Counted from the first letter of the stretch, positions 11,113 to 22,585 are shown. The stretch is DNA of 64,000 nucleotides from a virus (IMGVR_UViG_3300013902_000267), one strand, 5' to 3'. The notes: generated by a model from the sequence alone, not told the origin. Translations and numbers: made by a program.

Positions 11113-13902
11113 TTATTTCTTTGCTCGTGATTTAGCGTTTGAACGAGTCTTATTAAATTCATAAGATTCAGATCTTGCCAAAATATTCATCGCAGGTAAA
11201 ATTGGAACTTTAGATTCTTCTACTTGATTTTCATGTGCAATAGATTTAAGATCAGAAGATTTCTATTGTCTAGCATTCTCTAACGCAATTTTTGTCTTTC
11301 TAATAGCTACTGTATTAATGAATTCCTTACGAAGATCTGTATCAATATTATTAATACTATCAAACAATGTTGTATTCATATTATGAGCGATACTACCAAT
11401 TTCCGTTTGAATGCTAATCTTAGCAATCCATGATGCAAAATGTGCATAAAGTTGAGCAACACGAGAATTAACCAATGAATTAACCTTATTACGTAATGTA
11501 TCCATATCTGCTAATTCATTCTCATCAAATAACAAATTAATAGATTTACCATTAATATTAAATGAATATTCCTTGATAAGATTCTGTGCTTCAGCAGCAA
11601 CATCAGAATCTGACATTGGTTTTGCTTTCTTTAATGCTTTCAAATCTGCTGCAACATCATCTTCAAGATTACCTGGATAAGATGCGAATACTTGTATTGG
11701 TAATTCCTTTGCAATACTAGAAATACACTTCCACTTAGAATATTCCGAAGTTGCATATTGATCAACAGATAATGGTTTTCTATCATCATCATCTTGATAT
11801 TCCTTAGGCATACTACCAGTTTCCCAAATAGTATCCATAACATCTGGTGTAAATACCTTAGCATATTCATTATATGTTTTCCATGCACTCATAACAGGAC
11901 CGGTTGCTGTAGCACCATTTGTACCTGTATCATCACCAACCATATCTCTCATGTTATCAGTGAAATAATTCATGAAGATATTATAACGTCCACGAATACC
12001 TGTTGCAGTTCCAGCAGGATCTAAGTCATCAATACCACCATGTTCTTCTACCCAATAATTCCAATAATCATCATCAAGACTATTCAATGCATCTTGAAGA
12101 ACATTAGGAAGAATACCACCATAATATTCCTTGTATGTATTACCTTCATCATCAGTCTTTTCTTCTACAGATTGATCAATTAATTTCTGATAATATTCTT
12201 TACCTGAAATACCATCAGGATTTTCATCAAATAATTCAATTAATTCATTCTTATAGAATGGACCTACTGTATTAGCCCATGTACGAGGAGTAACCATTCT
12301 CTTAGTACGAAGAATAACTTCCTAATTAAGAACATCCTGTATAGATGATAAAGAATCTTCATTTTCATGTGCCCTCTTATCTGCCTCTGGATTCTCAAGC
12401 ATATCATCATAACCACCGTTTGCAATAGTAGAATACCATACATAATCAGGAGATGCTTCAATGAAGTCTACAATAAATGGAGGTACATTTGCCTCATGTG
12501 TCAATGGATCAACTGAACGTGCCCAAGTAATCCATTCGTCCTTAGAAGGAACATATGTATAATGGATAAAACGGTTTGTCTGCGCAGCAGTTGGGAAATA
12601 TCTCTTATCTTCTGAATCTGCTTCACCTTCATCAATAGATCTATTAGAAGCAAGAACAAATCCCCATTTAGATGCAACAACATAATTATCACCAAACTTA
12701 TGATCATTTACGATACCCATGATAATATTCTGAACATTAGGTTCAACACGTGAATATTCATCCATAAATACAACGCCACCTTCAAATGGATGTCCGTTAG
12801 ATGCAGTGATTTCACCATCATCATCAGTTGCAAGGAACTTACATGTATTACAGAAATAATCGCGACGTTTCTTTTCCTCTGGATCAGAAGTATTAAGATA
12901 TACTGGAAGCCAGTTCTTAGGAGTATCAGTAAATCCTTCTCTCTTATATTTCTTAGGAACACTTGTTCTATCTCTCTTCTAACCAAGTTCTACACCATAA
13001 TCAATTTCACGTGTAGAGTCACGAGGTAATGTCCAGTTTTCAATAGTATAGCCAGCAAGCATAATAACTTCAAGATTCAAGTTAATTGCCTTATATTTAG
13101 CATTAGCCATATCTTTGATAGTTTGCTTAATAATTGCAGTTTTACCAATACCTGGAGCACCCCAAATAAGGAATGGTACAACATCTGAGTGTCCGCCAAG
13201 AGGCCCAGAAATTTGATTCTTAATATTAGTCTTAAGCTTAGCGATTAATTGTTTTGAATTAACAGCGACGCCGAAATGACTAAACCCTTTACTGTCCTTT
13301 ACTGCATCATATGAATAAACTGCTTCATTCAAAGCCTTATGTAATTTAGATTCTTTATAATATGTTTCATTTACATACTTAATAGATTCTGTGATAGTCT
13401 CATCTGTTGTACCAGCACGCTTAATAACACGACTCCAATAATTAACAATATTTTTCTTATCATTAGCAATACCTTCTGCGAATGCTTGATCAATAGATAA
13501 CCCACCAACTCCAGCGGTAGATTTAAGAGAAGCAGATGGCGCGAAATAAACACCTTTAGGTAATTGATGTTTCTATGCCATGATAGCAAGATTACCGACA
13601 TTATTAAGAGACCAATTAATAACAGCATCTGTTGTCTCATCAATAAGTGCAATAAATCCCTTTACTTTATCTGTAATATATGAAGCTACTTTCTTTCCGT
13701 ATTCCTTAATCTTATCTAAGAAACCTTCATTAATTAAAATCTTATTTAATGGAATATTGTTCTCTGTGTAATTATCATCAAAACGCATTGAACAAGTATC
13801 GTTAGACTCGTTAATCGATAAAAGAATACCGTTAATCTTATACTATGTACCATTTACACAATGTACAAGAGTAGCAGGTATATTTAACTTAGTTTTTACC
13901 AT
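11113..13902 (-). CDS. MoxR-like AAA+ ATPase, 929 aa
   Basis: Four track ORFs in one frame joined by 5 TAGs; Walker A GAPGIGKT, Walker B VFMDE. Confidence 0.85.
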
Positions 13903-13945
13903 ATTTTGAAAATCAAAAAATTATTTTTTATATTTATTATAAAAA

Positions 13946-13975
13946 AATGGATAGTATTTTGTAATACTATCCATT
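13946..13975. terminator. Intrinsic terminator
   Basis: aatggatagtatt / aatactatccatt hairpin. Confidence 0.75.
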
Positions 13976-13992
13976 TAATATTATTAATATAA

Positions 13993-14532
13993 TTATTTCT
14001 TAAAAATATCTATATCATTATCAATTCCAGTTTCCATAACAGCTTTTGATTTACTTGATGAAACAACCGTATATTCAATATCCGATGTATTACTGATAAA
14101 CCATCTACCAGGATAACGTGCACACAAATCTTTATGTTCTCTTACAATATCAAGCATTCGTTCCTGACTCTTCTGAAACTCACTTCTCAATACTTCAACA
14201 CTTTCCATAATATTCTTATAGAGAGATGAATCAAATTGAGGATTTGCCTCGATAATCCACTTCATAAGTGAGCCATCATTTGCATCATAACGTTCACTCA
14301 TAATATGTGTATAAATACTATCAAAACTCTCTGCATACTTATCACTAATTTGTGCTTGTTGAGAAATAGTTTTCCACATACGATCATGCATGCCTTCAAT
14401 CTTACCTCTCTGTGCTTCAGCTTCATTTCTCAATGAAATCTCCTGATTATTATAAGAGAAATACATTGATACTCCAGAAATTACAAAAATTCCAATAATA
14501 ACTGAAACAATAATAATTGCAATCTTTTTCAT
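13993..14532 (-). CDS. N-terminally anchored membrane protein, LemA-like
   Basis: N-terminal TM helix then a helical domain; the family call is tentative. Confidence 0.55.
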   Translation of the reverse strand: MKKIAIIIVSVIIGIFVISGVSMYFSYNNQEISLRNEAEAQRGKIEGMHDRMWKTISQQAQISDKYAESFDSIYTHIMSERYDANDGSLMKWIIEANPQFDSSLYKNIMESVEVLRSEFQKSQERMLDIVREHKDLCARYPGRWFISNTSDIEYTVVSSSKSKAVMETGIDNDIDIFKK

Positions 14533-14565
14533 TTTTCTAAATTATTTATTAAGTTAAATTTATTA

Positions 14566-14709
14566 TTAATTACCATAAACTAATGTATGAATATCTTCAT
14601 ATGTAAAACCATTTGTTGATATATTATTTAATGATGGTTTTACTTTTCTAAAATCTATTTTATCCATACATATAGTAGAATAATTTATACCATTATAACT
14701 TCTATTCAT
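14566..14709 (-). CDS. Small hypothetical protein, 47 aa
   Basis: ATG adjacent to the upstream stop. Confidence 0.45.
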   Translation of the reverse strand: MNRSYNGINYSTICMDKIDFRKVKPSLNNISTNGFTYEDIHTLVYGN

Positions 14710-14710
14710 T

Positions 14711-14974
14711 TTACATCACTTTTCTATAAAATACATTTCCTTCTTCTTCAAATCCTTCAATAGAAGAAATATCATAATCAGTATATTCTTTTCCATCAGA
14801 AAAATCTGTTAACTTTCCATTTTCTGATTTAATAAACCCAGATACTGTCTCATCACCACATGGATGAATTTCAAATACACCATTAATTTCTTTAATATCA
14901 GAAATACTTCTAACTTTATCGCCTAAAAATATTTTATTATTCTTGCGTGATATATTAACATTATTAAATTCCAT
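14711..14974 (-). CDS. Hypothetical protein
   Basis: Track ORF in an operon. Confidence 0.65.
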   Translation of the reverse strand: MEFNNVNISRKNNKIFLGDKVRSISDIKEINGVFEIHPCGDETVSGFIKSENGKLTDFSDGKEYTDYDISSIEGFEEEGNVFYRKVM

Positions 14975-14985
14975 ATTACTTCTAA

Positions 14986-15354
14986 TTAAAGTTTCTCAAC
15001 AATTACAGTAGGATTAATAACAAAATCATACAAATCTGTCTTAATCTCAGTATTATTAACTTCAGTAATAGTTAATATATTATAATCATAATATACTTTA
15101 TCACCAACTTTAAGTGTTGACGCAAGAACTTTTTCAGATTCACCATAATTAAAAGTATCTCGCTCAAATTGATTCATTCCATCTGTAGGAATAGGACAAA
15201 TTGCATCAAAATTATCAATCAACCATTCTTTTGATACATTACCTGAGACAATCTGAGGTCCACCAAGCTTAGAAAGTCCAAGATATGCCTTTACTTTAGA
15301 CATCTTATCTGCATACTCAGAAACACTATACCATTTAATATTATTGTTATTCAT
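14986..15354 (-). CDS. Hypothetical protein
   Basis: Track ORF downstream of a TAnnTTTG promoter. Confidence 0.7.
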   Translation of the reverse strand: MNNNNIKWYSVSEYADKMSKVKAYLGLSKLGGPQIVSGNVSKEWLIDNFDAICPIPTDGMNQFERDTFNYGESEKVLASTLKVGDKVYYDYNILTITEVNNTEIKTDLYDFVINPTVIVEKL

Positions 15355-15401
15355 AATTGTATATCTTTTTAATTGTTCAACTTATTTGTTTATTAACAAT
15401 A

Positions 15402-15409
15402 CAAAGATA
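15402..15409 (-). promoter_or_regulatory. Bacteroidetes sigma-70 type -7 element (TATCTTTG)
   Basis: Matches TAnnTTTG; same flanking context as the other copies. Confidence 0.75.
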
Positions 15410-15433
15410 CACAATTATTTCCAAAATAAAAAA

Positions 15434-16690
15434 TTATTCATAAGAATTTTCATAATCTTTTAATTTTTCTTTCGCATATTCTATAGTTATATGAAATTCT
15501 TTTTCATTAGACGCCGGTAAATTATACATTGCATCATCCATAAGATTCTCTACTATTCCTCTTAACCCCCTAGCGCCTAATTTATTCTTAATAGATAACT
15601 TAACTATATAATCATAAACTTCATCATCTATTATAAGTTCAATACCATCTAATTTAAACAACTTCTTAAATTGTTTAATAATAGCATTTTTCGGTTCTGT
15701 AAGAATTCTCTTCAAATCATCTTCAGTTAAAGGATTAAGATATGTAATAATAGGAAGTCTACCTATTAATTCTGGAATCAAACCATAATTCTTTAAATCT
15801 TCCGCATTTACATATTTAAATATGTTTTCTTTATTATCAGAAAAATCTTTCTTATCCTTTGATACAAATCCTAATGTAGATTTATTAAGTCGTCTCTCTA
15901 TAATTTTATTCAAACCAACAAAAGCACCACCACAAATAAATAAAATATTTTTTGTATCAACCTCTACCATTTTAGCATCCGGGTGTTTTCTTCCTCCCTT
16001 TGGTGGAACATTTACAACAGAACCTTCAATTATTTTAAGTAATGCTTGTTGAACGCCTTCACCTGAAACATCTCTTGTTATAGATGGATTTCCTCCGGAT
16101 TTCCTTGCAATCTTATCAATCTCATCAAGAAATACTATTCCGTGTTCTGCTTTCTTAACATCATAATCACATGCTTGGAGAAGTCTTGTGATTGCAGTCT
16201 CAACATCATCACCAACGTATCCAGCTTCAGTGATAGAATTAGAATCCACTATACTAATTGGTACATCTAACATTTTAGCAATAGACTTAACCAAAAGTGT
16301 TTTACCAGTACCAGTGTCTCCCAAAAGTATACAGTTACTCTTCTCAATCTCTACATCATCAAATCCTTTTTGCTTAATTCTCTTATAATGATTATAAACT
16401 GCAACTGCTAACCTTTGTTTCGCTTTATCCTGACCAATTACATATTGATCCAAAAATTCTTTAATCTCTGTAGGTTTTTTTACATCATCCTTATGGAAAT
16501 TATCATCTGGTGATAAAAACTGTGTATTATGATTTACTATACTCAAATTCATATTGTAAATCTGGTCACAACATTCATTACAAATACTTCCATATTCACC
16601 ATTAAAAAGTAATGCAACTTGGTCTTTCGTCTTACCACAAAATGAACACTTATTTTCTTTTTTATTTGTATCTTTCTTTTTTTCTGCCAT
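15434..16690 (-). CDS. clpX: ATP-dependent Clp protease ATP-binding subunit ClpX
   Basis: CSFCGK zinc finger, [36 protein letters not shown]. Confidence 0.97.
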   Translation of the reverse strand: MAEKKKDTNKKENKCSFCGKTKDQVALLFNGEYGSICNECCDQIYNMNLSIVNHNTQFLSPDDNFHKDDVKKPTEIKEFLDQYVIGQDKAKQRLAVAVYNHYKRIKQKGFDDVEIEKSNCILLGDTGTGKTLLVKSIAKMLDVPISIVDSNSITEAGYVGDDVETAITRLLQACDYDVKKAEHGIVFLDEIDKIARKSGGNPSITRDVSGEGVQQALLKIIEGSVVNVPPKGGRKHPDAKMVEVDTKNILFICGGAFVGLNKIIERRLNKSTLGFVSKDKKDFSDNKENIFKYVNAEDLKNYGLIPELIGRLPIITYLNPLTEDDLKRILTEPKNAIIKQFKKLFKLDGIELIIDDEVYDYIVKLSIKNKLGARGLRGIVENLMDDAMYNLPASNEKEFHITIEYAKEKLKDYENSYE

Positions 16691-16793
16691 ATATCTTTTA
16701 ATTAAAAAATCTTAAATAACAACAATAATTATACCATAATATTATAATATTGTTTACATTTATAAATAATAAAAATAACCGGTTAATTAATAT

Positions 16794-16991
16794 ATGAAAA
16801 CTATTAAAAAGTCTTCAGTTAAAAATAAAAATATAAAAGGTAAAATAGGATAGGATGGTGGTTATTATGTTGATAATTGTCCAGTCTTAATCCCTAAGGA
16901 AAATATTAAGTTTTTCACTGCTATGCAAAAAGCATGTTCAATAAATCCATATGGAAAATATGGTAATGCATGTAATGTTAAATTATTGTGA
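16794..16991 (+). CDS. Small hypothetical protein, 65 aa
   Basis: ATG to TGA with one TAG; ATAAATA 26 nt upstream. Confidence 0.55.
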
Positions 16992-17140
16992 TAATAACTA
17001 ATAAAACATAAAACTCGAAATTTGATACAATATCTCTCCTGCATCGCGTCAAAATCTCTTTACCTTATAGTTATTAGTCTTAATTAAAAATAATGTGATA
17101 CAGAGAGAATTTTATTAAATAATAATTTTCATAAAATAAA

Positions 17141-17182
17141 AAAGAGATTAATAAGTTTTGTTTATTGCTTATTAATCTCTTT
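17141..17182. terminator. Bidirectional terminator
   Basis: aaagagattaataag / cttattaatctcttt. Confidence 0.8.
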
Positions 17183-17206
17183 ACTTTTCTATTTAATATA
17201 ATTTCA

Positions 17207-17260
17207 TTAAAACTTCAAACCATGTATCATTTCAAAAACCTTAATCTTATTATTTATGCC
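17207..17260 (-). repeat. Copy of the last 18 codons of the UvsY-like gene (direct repeat of 18552-18605), in the TnpB guide position
   Basis: 49/54 nt identical; all 5 differences synonymous (GINNKIKVFEMIHGLKF*). Confidence 0.95.
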
Positions 17261-17409
17261 AATATTTGTGTTTATATACTAATATATAAACAATTATTTC
17301 TTGTTTCATAGACACTCTACTTTTTAGTATAATCATTAGTAATGATTTAGTCATCCATAGTTGGTATCTCCGCAAGCGTAAATTCGGGTAAATATACACC
17401 TATTATATT
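17241..17409 (-). ncRNA. Putative TnpB omega-RNA (scaffold plus ~20-nt guide)
   Basis: Directly 3' of tnpB; IS605-like right-end sequence (cccgaatttacgc..ctatggatgac..aaaaagtag) and subterminal hairpin tgtttatat/atataaaca; ends approximate. Confidence 0.7.
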
Positions 17410-18543
17410 TTAATAATTTATTTGTTTTAATCCTTCTGCTAAAATATTTAATGAAGCATTATAATCTCTATCAATCTCTTTACCACAATGTGGACATATC
17501 CATTCTCTCTAACTTAATTTTAAATCTTTATAAATATGTCTACAATTATGGCAAGTTTTAGATGAAGGATAGAATCTATTTATTATAACCAGCTATTTTC
17601 CATACCATCTACATTTATATTCTAACTATTTTCTAAATTCAAATAAAGATAACTCTTGAATAGATTTAGCAAGTTTATGATTAGACATCATTCCATTTAC
17701 ATTTAAATCTTCAATACAGATAACTTGATTTTCATTAACTAGTTTTGAAGTGATTTGATGTAAATATGTATTTCTCTAATTTTTTATTTTCTCATGAACT
17801 TTTGCAATTTTAATTCTAACTTTATTCCGATTATTACTTCCTTTCTATTTCTTACTTAACAACCTCTATAATTTCTTTAATTTCTTTTCTTGATTTCTAT
17901 AGAAATGTTTATTTTCATATCTATTTCCATTAGAATCAACGATAAAATCTTTTATTCCTAAATCTAAACCTATTACGGTATCTAATTTTTCTTTTTGTAT
18001 AATATTATAATCTATTAAAATAAACAAATAATATTTTTCTGTAGAAGTTTTAATAAGCGTAATTGAATGTATTTTATTTTGATTATGATTTAAATATATT
18101 TCATCTTTTTTAGAACATTTAAATAATATATTCTTTAACTATTTAATTAATGTTATCCTATTACCATTAATTTTCTTCTTTTTAAATTTAAATATAGTTC
18201 TTGTAAATCTACAACTTTGCTTAATATCTTTCTTTGATTTGAATTTAGGATAACCATTATGTAATTTAAAGAAATTATCATATGCTTTAATTAAATCCTA
18301 CATTGATTGCTATAAACACATAGCATATACATCATTTAAAAAAGTATATTCATCTTGTTTTTTTAAATTAGTCAAATATTTACCTAATTGTGTCCATGAT
18401 ACAACTTGTTTATTCTACTCATACTATGACTTCTTATAATCCAATAATTTATTATATATAAGTCTACAACAACCTAACTGTTTAGAAATAAATTCTTTCT
18501 AAACATTATCAGGATATATTCGTATTTTAATATATTTTAACAT
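17410..18543 (-). CDS. tnpB: RNA-guided endonuclease TnpB (IS200/IS605 family), 377 aa
   Basis: About 12 in-frame TAGs; N-terminal IRIYP..Q..FI..QLGCCR, RuvC GLDLG / IEDL / DRDYNA, CxxC..CPxC; absent from the track. Confidence 0.93.
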
Positions 18544-18551
18544 AATATTTT

Positions 18552-19082
18552 TTAAAATTTTAAACCATGTATCATTTCAAAAACTTTAATCTTATTGTTT
18601 ATACCGTAAATAATATTATCAATAGTTGAGATGGTATCTTTCATATACTTACAGAAATTATCCAATAAATCAACTGATTCTTTTTCTGCTGATAGTTGAG
18701 ATTCAATCTGTAAATTAATAGCACTTTCATTCGTATATCTAATTCCAGATGAACCAGATTTTAAAGCTAAATAAATTCCTGATGCTTTAGACTTATAATC
18801 TCTCGTTTGCTTTTGTAATATCTTTGCTGTTCCATAAAATAAGTCTATTGCTTCTTGCCTCTTTAAATAAACTTCATTCATCAAACCATCAATAGATTTC
18901 AAATCTTTCATTCGTTCATTTAAATTCTTAATAATATCTGTCCACTTATCTTGAAGATTACTCAATGAATTTTCCAATGAATTTTGTTGTGAATTAATAT
19001 TATTATTCTGATTAGTTTGTTGAACTTGATTATTATCTATAGAATTATTATTTTCTGTTACTACTTCATTTTCTTTATCCAT
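18552..19082 (-). CDS. Helical protein, UvsY-like recombination mediator candidate
   Basis: Intact track ORF; size and C-terminal pattern resemble T4 UvsY (inference). Confidence 0.5.
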   Translation of the reverse strand: MDKENEVVTENNNSIDNNQVQQTNQNNNINSQQNSLENSLSNLQDKWTDIIKNLNERMKDLKSIDGLMNEVYLKRQEAIDLFYGTAKILQKQTRDYKSKASGIYLALKSGSSGIRYTNESAINLQIESQLSAEKESVDLLDNFCKYMKDTISTIDNIIYGINNKIKVFEMIHGLKF

Positions 19083-19751
19083 AAATCAAAAGTTTATAAT
19101 AATACTTTATATATTATATCATTTAATAAAAATAAAGTTTTATTCTCAAAAAGAATTTCAACCAATAAAAAGAAAGAGTCAAAGAAAAAGTTTTCAAAAA
19201 GAAATCATAAATTAAACTTAAATAAAAATTGATCCTACAATATTTATCTCTCTAAAAAACTATGTTCAAAAAGAAAGTAGGCAAAGAAAAAGAACCAAAA
19301 AGAAATTAATTTTTCAAATCTAAATTTAATTTTCTTTATTTAATTTCTTAAATATCTATCATTACCTTAATATCTTAATATTAATTATACTTCACTTTTC
19401 AAAAAAAGTCTACTTTTTGTTTAAATATTTTTAATAATTTTTAAAAATAATTTATAACTTATTGATAATCAATATATAATTTTTATTAATTTATACAAAT
19501 TCTAAATAATATTTAATTAAAATAAAATATTTTTACAATTCTCCATGACTTACCTTACTAAATATTAAAAATAAATAAAAAAATTAATTTTAAACTAATT
19601 TTCTTTATATAATTTCTTAAATATCTTAGATTCTCAAAATACCAGTATTTATTTTACTTACTTTTGGAGAAAAAGTCTACATTTTTAAGAAATATTTTTA
19701 ATAAAAATTGAAAAAAGTTTATAACTAATTGAAACTAAATAATTTAGATAT

Positions 19752-20522
19752 ATGGCAGATAGTAAAAATAATACAAAAAAGGTAAAAACTGGTGTAGTTG
19801 AGTCTATTGATGATCCAACATGTTCAGGAAGAGTAAAAGTTAGGGTTGCAGGTTTACATGATAACATATCAACAGAGAATTTACCATGGTGTAATTACGC
19901 GGGAAGTGGTATGTTTTCAGGTTCAGGTGGTGGATAGATTTCTATACCACGTGTAGGAACAAAGGTAAGAGTTAGATTTGCATAGGATGATGTAAACTCC
20001 ATGGAATGGTATGGAACAAATACATTGGACAGAAAACTTTCAGAGGAATTGGCGTCTGATTATGCAGGTTCATAGGTTCTTCTTTATGACTCGGAATATG
20101 ATTTGTCTATTAAGTTTCAACCAGGTTCTGGTTTAGCTTTATATTATAAAGGTTCTTATATGTAGATGACACCTGATAATACTATAACTATTCATTATGG
20201 TCCTGACGAGACAACAGGTGTACAAATATAGTTAACAGACGGTAAGGTTTATATATAGGCACCATAGTAGATTAATATAACATCAGGTAATGAAGTTAAT
20301 ATAGAGGGAAAGGTTATAACATTAAATGGAACATCCGCTGTCCGTATAAAAGGAACAACACCTAATACATGCGCTGTTAATGCTACACAACTTATGACAT
20401 TGTTATAGACAATGGCTGCTAATATTGATACAAAATTAGGTTAGTCAAAATCTGGTATATGCGCTGCTACTGTTTCAGGTTCTAAGGAGAAAATAATGAA
20501 TCAACATATCCTTTATATTTAA
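19752..20522 (+). CDS. Baseplate hub/spike, T4 gp5/VgrG-like OB-fold, 256 aa
   Basis: GVVESIDDP..SGRVKVRV..LPW and SIPRVGTKV; 10 TAGs including a tandem TAG-TAG. Confidence 0.85.
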
Positions 20523-20699
20523 TAATAATGTACGCGCGTTATAACGTGTTTAAATAGACATTTTCATTCGTTACAGTATAGATGTATTGGTTGAGAAAAA
20601 AGTTGAAAATTTTGCAAGTTTTCTTATGTTTTTCTTAAGAATTTTGAAGAAAAATTGAAGTTTTTCTTAGAAATATTTTTTATTTCAAAAAATTGTGTG

Positions 20700-20707
20700 T
20701 ATCTTTG
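20700..20707 (+). promoter_or_regulatory. Bacteroidetes -7 promoter element TATCTTTG
   Basis: TAnnTTTG about 50 nt before the ATG at 20757. Confidence 0.75.
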
Positions 20708-20756
20708 TAATAACAAATAAAATAACAAAGTAACAAACAATTAAAAAATAAAAATT

Positions 20757-21413
20757 ATGGATATTATTGATATTTTCAACGGTACAAGTAGTTCTTCAAT
20801 TAAGATAGAGAATGATGTAAGAAATATGTTCATTTTTCTTAATAATAAGAACACCACATATAATTTGGGTTATAAGGGTATTCAGCAGTTTTTGTTTACT
20901 ACTCTTTGTAATGTATTGAAGAAACATTTTTCATATAATGAGCTATATTCATTTTTGAAGACTTATGATATTCAATCATCGGAGAAGTTGACAGATGCTA
21001 TTATAGATAATATGGATTATCTTACTGCTGTTGTGAAGTTGGATCTTCATAATTTTACATATACAAAGAAGATGACAAGTCGTGAGCGTTTAGCAAAAGA
21101 AATCTTTGATTCATATGATGGACATGGAGAAAATCCTTATAAGGATGAAGTTGATAAAGATAAGAAAGAGAATATTCTTGTTGTTCGTACACATTATGGA
21201 ACTCATAAGCCATTAATGTATACATTTGATGGCGAACTTACAGAAGATAAACGTCATCAGATTCGTATGATGTATTATTACGAGACAAAATGTAACTATT
21301 TTGAAACTCGTGATATTCTTTATTCTAATTGGATTAATCTTCCTGAAGAGTATCAAATGGCATCGGCACCTTATGAAGAAGAAATTGAAGAACTTCATTT
21401 TAAGGTTAAATAA
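20757..21413 (+). CDS. Hypothetical early protein
   Basis: TAG-free track ORF behind a host-type promoter. Confidence 0.75.
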   Translation: MDIIDIFNGTSSSSIKIENDVRNMFIFLNNKNTTYNLGYKGIQQFLFTTLCNVLKKHFSYNELYSFLKTYDIQSSEKLTDAIIDNMDYLTAVVKLDLHNFTYTKKMTSRERLAKEIFDSYDGHGENPYKDEVDKDKKENILVVRTHYGTHKPLMYTFDGELTEDKRHQIRMMYYYETKCNYFETRDILYSNWINLPEEYQMASAPYEEEIEELHFKVK

Positions 21414-21507
21414 TAAAATACATAATTTTCATATTTTTAAATTTTTAATTTTTAGACAAAGTGAAACGTTTGAAGTATAAATATTTCAAACGTTTCTTTT
21501 TTATTTT

Positions 21508-22029
21508 ATGAACAATAGAAAATATCTTAAATATGTAATTGATGAAGTTGTATTCAGAGAGTTTCCAGATGAAGTTACTCTTGCATTAAATATATCAGGC
21601 TGTCCAAATCATTGTATAGGTTGTCATTCATCTTATCTTGCAGATGATATAGGTGAAGAATTAACAGAAGATGTATTGGATAAACTTATAGATAAGAATA
21701 AAGGAATTACATGTGTAGGATTTATGGGCGGCGATAATAATCCTCAGGAAGTTGTTAGATTATCTATGTATGTGAAAGATAAATATCCAAATTTACATAC
21801 AGGGTGGTATTCGGGAAGAGAAGTATTTCCACTTCATCATGGTACATTTGATTATATTAAATTAGGTCCGTGGAAAGAAGAATGCGGACCATTAACATCA
21901 GAAACAACAAATCAAATCATGTATCAGAAGGTAGATGGAGGAATTGATAATCCTACGTTTATGGATATAACAAAGAAAGCATTTAGATCTCATAAACCTT
22001 GGGAAACTGAATCATTAAATGATGATTAA
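21508..22029 (+). CDS. nrdG: Anaerobic ribonucleotide reductase activating protein (radical SAM)
   Basis: NISGCPNHCIGCHS CxxxCxxC, GG, DYIKLGPW. Confidence 0.9.
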   Translation: MNNRKYLKYVIDEVVFREFPDEVTLALNISGCPNHCIGCHSSYLADDIGEELTEDVLDKLIDKNKGITCVGFMGGDNNPQEVVRLSMYVKDKYPNLHTGWYSGREVFPLHHGTFDYIKLGPWKEECGPLTSETTNQIMYQKVDGGIDNPTFMDITKKAFRSHKPWETESLNDD

Positions 22030-22274
22030 TGTAAATTTTGGAACAAAATGATACAATTTAACAGATCTAGATCAGAAAATGTTATAATTTTATGTTATAA
22101 AGCATATTTTTTGAAAACAATTAGATAAATAAAATGTAAGATAGTTATAAATTGATTAGTTAAAGTAAATTATAATATAAAAAGAAATTAAAATACGGTT
22201 TTCACAAACAGTATCTTAACGATGGTTATGTTATAAAGATAGTTAAAATTAAAAATAAATTTACGTTAAAGATT

Positions 22275-22379
22275 ATGAAAACAATTATTAATGCAGTTAA
22301 ATATGCATGGAATGCATATTGCAATGGAAGCTACATTATGAATAAATCCGTTTATGAAGCTGGACTTATTCCAATGTAA
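22275..22379 (+). CDS. Small peptide, 34 aa (AYCN motif)
   Basis: MKTIINAVKYAWNAYCNG..; upstream acgttaaagattATG shared with the next peptide. Confidence 0.6.
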   Translation: MKTIINAVKYAWNAYCNGSYIMNKSVYEAGLIPM

Positions 22380-22450
22380 TTTTCAAAATTTGATAGTTAA
22401 AAATTAGATGGTTAAAAAGAAGTTTTAAAATTAAAGTTACGTTAGAGATT

Positions 22451-22585
22451 ATGAGTAAAATTATTAGTTTATTGAAGCGTGCTGGTAAAGCATACTGTAA
22501 TGCATATGCTGAAGCAAATACTATTAAGATGGGTGATGGTACTGTTGCCTATATTGGTACTAGCGGAATGGTATATGTAGCTTAA
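22451..22585 (+). CDS. Small peptide, 44 aa (AYCN motif)
   Basis: MSKIISLLKRAGKAYCNA..; upstream acgttagagattATG. Confidence 0.6.
   Translation: MSKIISLLKRAGKAYCNAYAEANTIKMGDGTVAYIGTSGMVYVA

Noticed and set aside
17261-18551. Complete autonomous IS200/IS605 element
   Set aside because: No tnpA and no left-end hairpin; only 8 nt separate the upstream stop from the tnpB start.
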